A DNA stretch of 52,595 nucleotides, counting the filler, from Bipalium vagum (Eukaryota): the NCBI GenBank assembly GCA_037834085.1. It is 3 parts of 3 records of this genome, joined end to end, with 100 filler letters (N's around TTAATTAATTAA, not from the genome) between each part and the next. Parts side by side here need not be neighbours in the genome. Positions count along the whole stretch, not along the records: positions 1 to 18,481 come from JBBMKC010027841.1; 2 more parts are not named here. One strand, 5' to 3'. Under the pieces are notes generated by a model, which worked only from the letters and a program-made list of their open reading frames with translations, was not told where the DNA came from and did no database searches. The position numbers and the translations under genes are program-made. Position 1 is the stretch's first letter. Every line of letters starts with the position of its first letter. Positions 1-12,800 of this stretch are shown piece after piece.

Positions 1-448
1 AATATTATTATTATTCTATAGATCATTTTATCTATGTCAAATTCCTGTTACATTTCTTTTGGTTTTCTATAAGAGATGTATCTTAAGTGAAAAAAACCTT
101 ACTTATTACACAAACTTGTCTTAAATTCTAAAGAATTCGTCACCATTCACTTGTTCAGATTATGTGAGCTTTGGACCTCTTACCTCTGTAAACAATTAAC
201 ATTCAAATTCGTAAACATATTGTATATGGTTGACTAATATTTGTAACCTTGTTTCTCACAATTCTGATGAAATCAATTCCAATTTGTAAAACCACTTTCA
301 GGTTGGAGCACTTCAATTTCAAGAGGTTTTCAGCGGATTGTACAAATCAAAATTAAAATTTTCCTGTTTTAAGAATTTAAAGATTTTTCTTATTTATTGA
401 AGCTTTTCCGATCCTCGTGTTTATTGCCGAGCAAGATGAAATTGCCAC

Positions 449-616
449 AATAAAAGAAGTCAAATATTGATTTTTTTATATAAAATTGTTTAAGAAAATT
501 TTGTTTAAATGAGCACTATTTATGAGGAAAAGAATAAAAAAGAAGTCAAATATTGATTTTTTTGTATAAAATTGTTTAAGAAAATTTTGTTTAAATGAGC
601 ACTATTTATGAGGAAA
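449..616. repeat. Two near-identical ~80-bp copies in tandem (period about 87 bp)
   Basis: aaaagaagtcaaatattgattttttt(a/g)tataaaattgtttaagaaaattttgtttaaatgagcactatttatgaggaaa occurs at ~452-529 and ~538-616. Confidence 0.9.
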
Positions 617-1299
617 TCGAATATTAGTATTTCTTGTCTGATGATGATTATAATTATATATGATTATATATTATAATATTATAAACATCTTTGAGAATTT
701 CGATCTCATTTTAACGCAATTTGAATCAAAACCATTTTTTTTAAATTAATAAGATTGTACATCATCCGATTACGGTCTTTTTCGGTCAATGTAACACTTT
801 CTTATAGGTTCGAGTTCTTTGAAGATGTTGAGGAAGCATGTTAAGAGTTCTTTGATTCGAAGCCGTCCAAATGGTACTTTGCCTAGACCCGAAAGCTTGC
901 AGTTCGATTGAAAAACGTGACTGACAATGACAGACTTTATTTTGAGGAATAGTTGTTTTTATTTTGAATAAATTTGTGCTCAAAAAATTTAATTTTTTGA
1001 TTTGTTAACTTTCTTTACAGCATAGTAATAGATTTTAGTAATCTTACGACATAATTGGAAAATAATTTTTTACAACGGAGGCCATCAGTTTTATTACAGA
1101 AGTTGTTAAACAAGTCATGCGGTGGTTAGCAAAGTGACACCAATCTTCAACCTCAACTCGATTGCGGAAGGGTATCCGTGTATGATGAGAATATTTTGAA
1201 AGAATCTGTTGAATCTAATACATCTCAATCAATTCGTTAATCAGCTCTTGAAGTTGGTTATTAAGAAAAATATAAACCTCATATGATTGATAAACTGTC

Positions 1300-1730
1300 G
1301 TAAAGTCAGGAAAATAAACGATTTCAAAAAATGTTAAGTCACTTAAAAAATAACTCTTTGGACGACCGTTTTTTCTAAAGGATGGTTTCCATAGATTAAA
1401 AATAGGGGTTATTTAACAACCCAGACAGAAAATATAAATGATTATCTGTAAATGAACCAACCATTTCTGGTCCTAAAGTACAAAGAATTGTATAAGAGGT
1501 CATAATGTCCGTGTTTTGGAACTGCGATAGTATCTCTTCTTTGAACTTGTGCCAGATTTTTAAAACTCGGATATTTATTCAGCACAATTGAATAGATTGC
1601 ATGAAGTTATGAAAATAAAATATCCTTCTTTAATTAATCGAAAGGGTTTACTAAAAGTGGATAACGAAAAGCCACATACTTCACGGAAATCAATGGTAAC
1701 TATAAACTAAAGTATCAATTTATGGGACAT
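1300..1730 (+). mobile_element. Degenerate mariner (DD34D-type) transposase fragment
   Basis: Frameshifted translation MSVFWNCDSI..FELVP..NSDIYSAQLNRLHEVMKIKYPSLINRKGLLKVDNEKPHTS matches the mariner stretch from VWWD to HDNARPH. Confidence 0.8.
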
Positions 1731-3559
1731 CATAATATTATTAAAAAATTCCATAATAAATTCTTACTCTGCCTCTTAAATATTATATAAAGAATAATAA
1801 ATAAATTATAAGTAATGAACTTATTATTAGAAGTACTGATGAGTGTTTTTACTACAATTGATTTTCCATTATTATAACATGAAATCTGTTTCTGAACATA
1901 ATAACACAAATAATACAAAAGAAAATAATTAAGAAAAATGATAAAATCCAGTCTTACTTGCAAATAGAACAGCGATAACTATTACTGCTACTGTGAGTTT
2001 GAGACGAACCAGATAGGGATGATGTGGAAAGGTGATTCGATTCAGCAACTTTACTTGAATTTTCAGAAAGGCTGAACAAAAGTATTGTGAAAAATAAAAT
2101 TATTAAAACAAGTCTCATTTTGAAAATTGAAAATAAAATATTTAACAGTGTTCAAATATTGATATATTGTTTTTAATTTACATTTTAAACGGGTTTTATA
2201 GACACATTGTGGAATGACATGATCAGCACTCAATAATGAATCTTTAATCTTAACCCATTTGTTTATTTATCACTCTTGAAATACACCCCATATCAGTAAA
2301 TATAAAATATTAAAATAATTAATTGATTTATTAAAATATTATTTTTTATATTAATATTTATTTAAATTTTGATACACCTAATTTTCTCCGTGACTTTCAA
2401 AATAGGACTCGTATTTTAAAAAATTTAATATTTGCAGATTGATATTTGTCAACTAAAGACTTTAACGATAGAAATTTTAAAATTTTTATTTGGTGTCTTT
2501 TATTCACTTTAAGCGATCGATTTTTCAAAAGCTACTTTTTCAGAAAAATTGATTCACCTAAGGTTGCTTATATCGAAAATCGCTGAAGCTTAACGATAAC
2601 TTTTTTATTTCGTTTACCTCACTAAAAGTAACAGTTTTTTAACAAACATTTTTAAAACGTCAAATGATATCATATATAATGAAACATCTCAAAGATTAGA
2701 AGAAACCGTAACATTTTCTGGGTGAATAATTTCTTAATTGTGTCTAATTGTCTGGAAGTCATAACCCTCTGCATTAGGTTTTCATTAGGGAAAATTCAAA
2801 AAAACATAAGAATTAAAAATACTGTTACCAGAAATCACTCAACCAAAATCTGGAGAATATTGAAAGCGGAAAATTAACGATAACATTATAAGAATAATTG
2901 CTATTAATCTGAGAAATCGCTTAGAAAGACAATTAATTTCTGTCACTTCCTGAATTCCATAACAGTCAACGTATTTAATGATTGAATAATTTCGATAATA
3001 ATCTCATTTTTCACGATATCTCCCACCAAGTTAGACTTTCAGGAAAATTAAAGATCATGCACATTGTCATGGAAGATTCTGGAGTTACATTATTATTTTT
3101 AATCTCAATGTCCGAAAATGTTTTAGTAAATTGAAATGAGAAAAATGAAACTGAAACTTATTCTTCCTTGGAATGAATTGGTGCTTCGAAAATATATTAT
3201 CTGTAAATTAATAAATAATATCAAAATAATAACTATACGATTAGTACCTTAGAAAAATCTGATCAAGGCTTCATTTAATGATTACTATGTGCATTTTTTT
3301 ATATTATATTTATCATATATAATATTTATTATAATATATATGGTTAGTCATAACTGACTTAAGCCTTAAATTCTAAAAATGTAGAAGATAATTTTTATTT
3401 AAGCAACCCAAAATTATACAAAATACATGCCCAGAAAGGGAAATTATATAATATTTATAAAAACGGTTGTATATATGTACAATTCTTGTTTAATAAAAGC
3501 TGACAACGGATCTTCAAATGTTCAACTGATCTTGCAAGTCCATCAATTGTTCTAGGTTA

Positions 3560-3730
3560 AATTTCTCACACTTGTGGCAGAACGACTTATGCTCATAGTT
3601 TTTCTTTTTAACAAGGCATTTATAAACCTGTGCTTCATCAGTATGAATAATGCTTCCAGGTCGGACAACTCACTGAATTATCGGTAATATTGATAATTTA
3701 CTTCTGTTCTCAATGTAAGTAATTAATCCT
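3560..3730 (-). mobile_element. Merlin/IS1016 (IS1595-like) transposase fragment
   Basis: Minus-strand translation GLITYIENRSKLSILPIIQ*VVRPGSIIHTDEAQVYKCLVKKKNYEHKSFCHK fits the Merlin motif (NR..TLLPII..V.PGS.IHTD...Y..L...Y.H.TVNH). Confidence 0.75.
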
Positions 3731-3759
3731 TTTACGGGGTAATAACTATTTAATTTTAA

Positions 3760-3960
3760 AAGGAGTTAGATTCAGGGAACTTGGAAGTCAACGGTGACCT
3801 AAACCACTTCCCGTTACTCGATCCTCGGTTAATTTGTATGGTTGCATGCCAATGAACGAAGCATTCTCACAATACTGCGTTAAGGAATCCGAGTGCTTCT
3901 TCCTAAAGCAGAAGTGCTAGCGTTGCCATGGACATTGCATTCTTGTTGTCGTGAGATTCG
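3760..3960 (-). mobile_element. Highly degenerate Tc1/mariner-superfamily (DD41D-like) fragment
   Basis: RVTGSGLGHR*LPSSLNLTPF resembles IGRGG..WPPRSPDLTPLD. Confidence 0.4.
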
Positions 3961-4961
3961 TGAATTCGAACTTCTAATAGTCTGCAAGTTAAAAGGTTCT
4001 TAGTGCAGATTATGTGCGGTTTTATACACTCTCAGTTCAGGTTTGGCTGATTCATCATGTTTATAAAATACTTATTTATTGAAATATGCGCTTTCAAATA
4101 AAATATAAATTGCTAAAATAATATCTCATAAATGACTATGACAAAATACGGCATTATTTTTTGAATTTAATACATCATAATCAGTAAAAGTCAATTAAAA
4201 TTATTATTGATTAATAATTATTATTCTGGTTCAATAAGAAAGTCATTATTATCAAACTCATCAATTAAGACTGGATCAAATAGGAATTTTTCGTTTGATT
4301 TGTTTTTTACAATTAATAGATTCCACAAACTTTTCCAGCACACTACATATAAAATATTTAATTGAAGTTATAAAAATTATATTTATTTAGAAAATTAAAG
4401 TATTTAAAAGCCTTTCTCTAAGACAAATCCAAACCACCTTTTAGTTAAGCATGTTATAAATACACTTTAATTATCAAGACTTTTTAAATACATGTTATGA
4501 CCCCAGAAACTTTAGGCATTGTCTATAAAAATAAACTTAAACTTTCAAGTTAATTTTTGTTACGTTAATTATAATGATAAGGGATAACTGACTTGTCAAA
4601 CATTCTGAATGATAGTTATAATGAAAATTCTAAAAATATGAAAATAATAAAACTTTTGTCGTTCGCTTTATTTCGAACTAAATTGGTGATTATTGTATTT
4701 TGTGATTTATTATGATCAAAACCGAAATTATTCTTGCCATGTACAGTTTAATGATTTTACCGTCTGCTTAAAGCAAGATATTGTAAGCGTGATTGGATTG
4801 ACACTGAAAGTTGCATGTAAAACCAGATCTCATCTTTTAATGATTCTTTTATTGTTTTATAGATCAAGAACCACTAAACTCGGGTTACTGATCATCGTTT
4901 TACTAATGCATTAATTATTTTTTCTTTAATATATTTTTATTTTTTATCATAATAACAATTA

Positions 4962-4962
<1 letters not shown>

Positions 4963-5014
<52 letters not shown>
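4963..5014. repeat. (ATT)n microsatellite
   Basis: Uninterrupted attattatt run of about 50 nt. Confidence 0.95.
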
Positions 5015-5459
5015 TATAGATTTTTTTAATGTTGACAAAATTTTTAATTGCCAAATAAAATAGGTCACTATAGCAATATCCATTTTTAGACTAAGAGATA
5101 TAATATTCTAAAAATCTATTGTTCTATAATTGAAGATAAGAATAAGCCCAAAAACAATAGGCCATTTTTATTATATTGTTATATGACGGATGAAGTTTCT
5201 CATCCTTCTGTAGTGAATAAATTGTGTGATTTTCATTTTTGCTTTACGTTTTAGAAAGTAAAATATAAAGATAATTCAAAATAAAACTATAAAAATATTT
5301 CTAGAAAAAGACTTAATTTACAACGGTGTTGATATATAATCAAATAATAGCATAACCTATAGGTCTTTTACTTGGGTTCAAGTAAATTATAATGATGATA
5401 ATAAAGGAAAAATAATATTAATAATGTAGTAAAAATAAATAAATAATAATAATTCTAAA

Positions 5460-5729
5460 NNNNNNNNNNNNNNNNNNNNNNNNNNNNNNNNNNNNNNNNN
5501 NNNNNNNNNNNNNNNNNNNNNNNNNNNNNNNNNNNNNNNNNNNNNNNNNNNNNNNNNNNNNNNNNNNNNNNNNNNNNNNNNNNNNNNNNNNNNNNNNNNN
5601 NNNNNNNNNNNNNNNNNNNNNNNNNNNNNNNNNNNNNNNNNNNNNNNNNNNNNNNNNNNNNNNNNNNNNNNNNNNNNNNNNNNNNNNNNNNNNNNNNNNN
5701 NNNNNNNNNNNNNNNNNNNNNNNNNNNNN
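5460..5729. other. Assembly gap (N run)
   Basis: 270 N. Confidence 0.99.
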
Positions 5730-5759
5730 CTTTTTCTGCTTGATTAGATAGATATCTTT

Positions 5760-6485
5760 TAAGGGCTTTAAAAATTAGTGTGACGGATCTAAAGTCATTT
5801 CTCAGATTTCTCGGGCAGCAGCTGATATTGCCTGTTTTAATTAATTAAGCTTCTTTTACTTCGAAAATATTAGGTTTCCCAGCTACTAAAGAGTGACAGC
5901 TCTGTGAACTCGGATTAATCGTTGGTTACCATATAAAGATATTTCAGACGTGGGAGAGACATAAAGATTTTATTCCGAGAAGCAGCTGAAAATAGTTGAA
6001 TAAGATTTTGCCAAATTAATAGAGGTGTGCTCCTCAATATTTTTTAACATGGTCGGACTTCGTGATGGGTGACAGACCACGAATGAGGCGATAAGGAAAC
6101 TCGTATTTGGTGCACGAGCTTGATCTGATCTTTACCAAAATTTTTGTGGCTGCTTTTTAAATAATATTGGGCTGTACTTCATATTTCAACAAGATAATAT
6201 ATCCATGTATGTATACAAGAACACAAAAAAGATAACTTGTGGATAAAAAATATTGATGTTTCACAGTTGCACTTTGTCGTCCTGACTTAAATCCAATAGA
6301 AAAATTTATGAGGCTTAATAGTTAGACGAGTTTATGAGAAAGGACAACAATTTTCAACTGTGCAGAAACTTTTTGATATTTTGGAACATATTTCATTAAC
6401 AGAACTGCAAAAACTAGTGATATCAATGCTCAACCAGTTATCCGAGGTTGCAATTATCAATGGAAAGAACACTCAACATTAAAAT
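5760..6485 (+). mobile_element. Degenerate Tc1/Tc3-like (DD34E) transposase
   Basis: FQQDN at ~6185 and PDLNPIENL*GLIVRRVYEKGQQFSTVQKL at ~6280-6370 (with a frameshift). Confidence 0.8.
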
Positions 6486-7585
6486 TTTTTATATTGATTA
6501 AGATATATGTGCAGGTGGATATATGATTATTTTTCACATATTTTAAAATTCAAAATACGTGTTTTACTATTATTTTAGTCAATAACTGTTTTGTTTGGAT
6601 AAAATGTTGCTTTAACATTTTATGTAGACATAGACAACAAGTTATTTTGCCAACACAATAAAATAAGAATATAATTTGATCTTCAAAAGAGTTGCGTCAT
6701 AATTACTTAGGCTTGAGTTAGGGTATGGTGAAAAATTGGTTATGTAGTGTGGATAAAAAGTTCTTAGACTCTTACAGAAATGAAATTAAGTCCATGAAAT
6801 CTTCTTCAGAAAAAGCAATTGGTATATATAATCAAATCATATCGAATCTATTCAAAAAAATTACCGCTTAATGACATTATTTACAGAGTTTTCCTTAAAA
6901 TGTACCAGAATTTGAATTTCGCTGAGTTATCGCTTTAAGGCTCTAAGAATGACAGAAAATAGGAAAATTGTTTGTCATCGCATGAACCATATTGAAATGA
7001 AGCTTTATGGACTAGAGTTAAATTTACCAAGAGTATACAAAACGCACTGAAGAAAATTTGAATTAAAAAAAATGCAATCAATTCGTTCCACATTTTTGGG
7101 AAGCAGTCTAGTGAGAAAAGGGAATGCAAAAATGCTAAGAAAGTCTGGCCTTATTCCATACTCTTGAATAAAATTTTTTGAATACTAAAACAGAGGAAGA
7201 GGCGCTATTGAGTCTACATGTGTTCCATAAATCTTATCGAAAATGCTTCATATTTAGTGTGTTTTGGGATGCAAAAATGATCTTATAACATGATGTAACT
7301 TTCTAGCATGGTCTTTTTTCATTAGTAAGTCAATAGACGAATTGCCAATACGCATAGAATGGTTATGACGAAAAACGATTCTTTGGTTACCTATATGGCA
7401 CATTTATTGTAATAAAATGTCCCATCTTAGTACTATGGGTATTTTTATAAAACCACACCACAAAATTAGTCTGATCTTATATATATATTTGTAAAAGTTT
7501 GGGGATCGAAAAGAAATTAATTTCTTTGAACTGATTTTTAATGTTAACAAGAGATTCGTAATTGACATCTTTTGTACAGTTTTAG

Positions 7586-10282
7586 TTTTGGAAACAAAAT
7601 ATCATTATATTATCCATTCTGTTGACTGACCGTTACCATGGTGTCATAGAAGATTTGAGAATCCTTGTAATTTTTAACCAGGAACAACAGAATGAAATAT
7701 TTGAGTAAGCAACATAATAATATAAAATTTTATTAATAATATAATATAATATTTTATCAAAAAGTTATTAATAACAGAAAACCTTATATTTGCGAATAGA
7801 CTCAGTTTGTGGATACTAACATCACCATAGACTACAGTGTTGTACTGTGTAAGAGTTAAGTCAGTGATTCAACAATTCTGTTCATCAATCTTGATGTTTC
7901 ATATTGCATTGTAAACATTTTTGTACAATTATTATAGTATTGGCTAAGAATTGTTCCATTGTAGAACATAACACCAAAAATTCCTTAATTGTTTGCGTTA
8001 AGTATCTCACATTTCAGGGAACTTTGGAAAATAATATTTTCTGGTGGTTTCACACAGGATGATAAAAATATTTTTACGAAATGAACTAATTCCCTATGAA
8101 CAAGTTACTAAAATGAGCCAATGGATTTAAACTGATTATGTAAAATAACAAAATTTGGAATAAGAAAATTACAAATTAATTTTTCAAAACATTTTAATAT
8201 CGAAACATAAAATTTAATCTGATAAGGAGTGGAAAACCTACGAAAAAATATCATATCATCATGATTATCTTAGATAAGGAACACCTCATTTTTTACTGAT
8301 GTTAACAGAATGGAAAATTGCTTAATTCATTTTCGAAAATAATTTCTCTCTTAATTCATTTATTTCTTTGAAATATATTCACAACTTAGGAAGGGCTTCA
8401 CATAGTAAAAGAGAAAATTTTGAAAAATTGCTAACTATCATAAGGGAACATTAACTTTAGACTTTATTAAAACAACTAATATTTATTTTATTACAAATAG
8501 ACACATTAAAATCAATCAAAGTATTTACAACCGTTAAAAATAACTCCTCCAATAAATCTGGCAACATGGATAGTCCGTGGTGATAAAATTATTTTTCTTT
8601 AAAATGAATCAAATTGGTCATCAGATAATGTTCCACTGACCTGAATTAATGAAAATCTGCTGAATGATTTCCCATCTCAAGTCTAACAGTGTCCTCTTGA
8701 CGATTGAAGAAAGTTGAAGTCTCTCTTTGTCATGCAAAAAAATGAATTTTCTTAGATTCTGGCTATTGGAGGTTTTATTTTTACAAATTCGTCATTTAAT
8801 TTTTTAGTTGATGTTGATATCTTCCCTCCGTAACATTTTCCTTCGAATTCAAAGGTTTGTGTTACACAACACCCATATCCCACCATATACAAAGAATAAC
8901 TTTCTTATCATAATTTTTAGGTTTGCGGTGGACGTTGATGTCTGTCCTAGATCAATTCATGATTTCTTTCGTTTAGGATTATGGAAATAAATCCATTTTT
9001 CATCACCCGTAATAATTCGCTACAAAAACTTTTTTCTCTCTGGAAAGTAAAATATATACTATACTTAAACAATTACACGTAACACTTTAACTCAAATTCT
9101 GAGAAGCCCATTTTTGCCCTTTTGAATTTTTCCTATTTCATGAAGCCGCCTGGGAATTTTTGATCGATGCGTATTTGCTGTGATAGCCAAACAGAATTGT
9201 CATTTAACAAATCTTCAGCTTTTTTGGCTGATCTTGTCTCTCTTTATCAATCAGATCGAAATCATCTTATTTAACTCTTGTTAAGCAGAATTTGCAGTTT
9301 GACGATGGAGTCTCATCAGCATGTTTCCTAAAGTATCGTAATGCGCTTCCGTTACTGATTTCCGCTTATCGAATAAAAGCATTAGTGTACGTCTGAAATG
9401 TAATTTATACCAATTCATTTTTTGCGCCCTCTAAGTGTTTATTTAAACAAATAGAATCTTTATACCAATAAAAACTTACATTAGATATTGTGATCTTTAA
9501 AATATTTTGTTATTTTGACTTCATTAAAAATATGACCAGCGTTATTGTTTATTTTAATTTAAAACCAGAAATAATGCACCCTCTTTATAAATAGTAGGAT
9601 GCAGATATGCAGCTTGATCATTTGATAACATGCCGGTAAACAAAAAAACAACTGATAATATGATAACCTTTAGAGCATTGTTACAAACAAACAAAATTGT
9701 TCAATATTTAATACCTAGGATACGAAACGGTACACATTTATTTCTTGCTGGTCACAATGAAAAAATATTTTTAAAACTGATTTTGATTTGTAACTTTCTA
9801 AAAAAATTTTTAATCTTTGTATCTTTATGTATACTATTGATAAATCCGTTCTAATCGATTCTTGTGTGGTTAATTATTCCAGAACCAAAATGACTGAAGT
9901 TTTAAAAATAAGAATTAATTTTATATAGGTTTCAAATGAGACAAATGGAACCCTTTCAATTACCATTTCTTAGAATGTGAATTTTTATTCGAGACATTCT
10001 ATAAATAACGTCTACAGGTAAATTTATAAGTACTTAGTACAATTAATTTATTTGCGTAGAACAAAGAAAATTAAAATACAAGTATTTTGTTTTATCAAAA
10101 GTAATTAGCCAGGCCTCGCTCTTAACCAATTAAGTTCAATGAATAGTCTAAAATGTATTACTGATATTAATATCTCATTAAAAAAGAATTCTATATTCTT
10201 TTCAATGATCAGCTTCAGAACCTTAGTTGAACCATGTTGTGAATTTAACTGGAGAGATCCAGATAGGACAGAAAGTTACCCG
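7586..10282 (+). pseudogene. Possible decayed multi-exon host gene of unknown product
   Basis: Exon-like blocks with AG/GT borders: 7586-7704 (open, FWKQNIIILSILLTDRYHGVIEDLRIL), 7778 onward (in phase but with TAG/TAA), 9598-9635 joined in phase to 9674 onward across a 38-nt intron, and 9929-10017 (stops in all frames). No homology recognised. Confidence 0.25.
8500..9430 (-). mobile_element. Degenerate near full-length mariner transposase
   Basis: RIITGDEKWIYFHNPKRKKS*IDLGQTSTSTAKPKNYDKKVILCIWWD..RYQHQLKKLNDEF; many stops and frameshifts. Confidence 0.9.
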
Positions 10283-11779
10283 TATGATATATCATATCAA
10301 TTTTAATTTTTGATGAAATGATTCAATTTAAATGAATTTTTTACTTTGTTTTTCTAAACAATTGAGAATACTGTTGTATGGAAAACGATGTGTTTTATTG
10401 ATATATTTTTCATCCTTACATCAATAAATAGTGTTCCTTACTTTCTTACTTGGTTCTGAACTCAAAAAATTTATAATGTTAAAAAATACGCCCCTATCTC
10501 ATATTTAAAAATACAGTGATAATATAATAAATTTGTTGACTAATTTTTTACCAGTCGTATTCTGTTGTGATTCCTTTTGAATAAATATTATTTCTATAAT
10601 ATTACTTGATTTACCCGTATGATTATAGTAGATCCTAACTTTACGAAAGATGCCAATTCAGATATATTACCAATTCAAAATATTACCAAAATAATTTCCC
10701 AGAAATTCGAGAAATTCATGAATTCCATCCAAAAAATTAATTTTGTTTCGAGGCAATTATTGTTTTTGTTGAATAAGAGAATTTTTAATAAATTTTCTAT
10801 GAATATGGGTTTGACAATTTGGATTATCAGTTAGACTAATTACTGAATTAACTTGATTATTTTCCTTTTGAAATATACAATATTTGGTATACAAATCCAC
10901 AGATATATAGATATAGAGAAAGGTGCAAAAAATAATTGAATTTCTTTATCATTGATTACACATGTGCATTATTATTTAATGGATTATGTATATTATTTTG
11001 CCAATACGTTGTCTAGTTTTGAAAATATTTCGCAGAATGACACTTTAAATTACTTGTCATTTTTTATATACCCTGTATTATAAGAAATCAATACATAACG
11101 TGTTCATTTCTTTATATATTTTTATGTTTAATAAGAATTAAGTTTATAGCTGTGAAATTTTAAAATTATTAAAAATATAGCTGAAAATATAATCAATAGC
11201 TTTATTTTTTACATGTTCCTGTATATATCAATAAATGTAGTGCAATGAACCTAAAAATTACATATATTCATATTATAAAGTAGCTTCAATATCTATATTG
11301 TTCATTTATGTATGTGTGTATATATATCTATATTTATATATTATAAGATCCAGCACATAAGGCTATCTACTTCGCTTAAACAATTTTAACAGAACTTTAC
11401 AAAATAACAAATACTAAGTAAATCAGTTATGTGAGTTCTTCGTTTATCCTTGTTTATTACTGTGGTCTATATATTTTTAAAGAATTAGATTTCTAAATAA
11501 ATTTGAAAATAAATGATTCTACCCGGTTCTTGGTTAAAATTAAGTATAAGGCAAAATCAAATCTGTTCGTCATGAACTCCGCCGTATCAATATATAAGAA
11601 ACGTCGAATTTAAAAAGTTAATACATAAGTCAAAAATCCATTTTAAAAAATATATTTTTAACATAAGCATAATCAGGAACCTCTCCATTTTATTTATATA
11701 CAAAGAAAATTATTTTTGCTTAATACTCGTAATTCAAAATAATTATTATTTATAAATAGTCAACCCGATTTTTAAAATT

Positions 11780-12352
11780 TATTTTAGATGGAGTAATTAA
11801 CCATAGAAAAGCGTGTTCTTATTGTTAAAGTCTATTATCAAAATAATGAGAGCCCCATGCAGACAGTTCGAAAACTTCGATCAATTTTTGGCAGAGTTAA
11901 TGCACTCAACGAGTCTAAGTTCGAAGACTAATATCAAAATTTCAGGAAACTGGATCAGTTTCAAATCTCATGAAGTCATGGAGCGAACGTTCCAGTTGGA
12001 CAAACCAAGAAGTCGTTTCTGTGGAAAATAATGTGAATTCGATTCGCCGGAGTTGCCAAGAGCTTCATATTTCGACAACTTCGTTACTCCAGTAAACCAG
12101 TCACAATTATGCAACTCAAAGTCGAAATCATACATATTGAATTAATTCATATTTGACAAAATATCTGGGAATATGTTATTAACAATTTTGAGAAGCGAAT
12201 AACCTCCTATAGGCTTAGTGAGGGCTGCCATATGCCCGATATTGTTTTTCATACATAAATCGGTGATGTTCCAGATTATGCTTATATAAAAATATATTTG
12301 TTTTTATGGATTTTTAACTTATTAAATTCGGCGTTACTTGTGGAACACCCTA
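11780..12352 (+). mobile_element. Internally deleted DD41D-like (rosa/Visitor) element
   Basis: N-terminus ME*LTIEKRVLIVK..YYQNNES, C-terminus NVINNFEKRITSYRLSEGCHMPDIVFHT*, and a right end ...gtggaacaccctat; the catalytic core is missing. Confidence 0.7.
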
Positions 12353-12359
12353 TCTTTAT

Positions 12360-12800
12360 GCATTTTTATTTCATGCTTTTCAGATTCAAACTGCATCCTG
12401 ATACATCAATGCTTTCCTATTTACTTAAACCAAAATTCATTGAAGTACCTAACATATCTTATAATAATTCTTAAAGGCATTTATAATACCTTGGTCAATA
12501 GATTGGATGAGAAATTCTAAACTTGGTGGGAAAAATAATTCAATATTTCTTATAACAATAAATCTTAGACCTACTCTGATTTTATAAAACTGTTCAAATT
12601 CCTTATCAATTTTTGAAAAATTCTTATGACCTTCCAAAACTTTATATAAAACAAGTAACTAGTAGCTTTTCTATATCAACATTTTAAGATCAGCTTGATT
12701 TCTTTAACGTTTCTGTCACAAAAGGCTCTTAACATATTAACTAAAACCTTTAGTTATTAGAGATTTAGATGATTTTCCATTTCCTTTTAATCTTTAAAAG
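12360..12800 (-). mobile_element. pogo/Tigger-like (DDE_1) transposase fragment
   Basis: ORF 12449-12637 contains IELFFPPSLEFLIQSIDQGIINAFKNYYK, matching the pogo motif FLPPNTTS.IQPMDQGII.AFK..Y. Confidence 0.75.

Noticed and set aside
4693-4914. 73-aa ORF with NYSCHV and a possible intron at 4780-4862
   Set aside because: TTG start, no upstream acceptor or recognisable homology; insufficient support.
6750-7440. Possible MULE-like transposase relic
   Set aside because: Too degraded to assign from motifs by eye.
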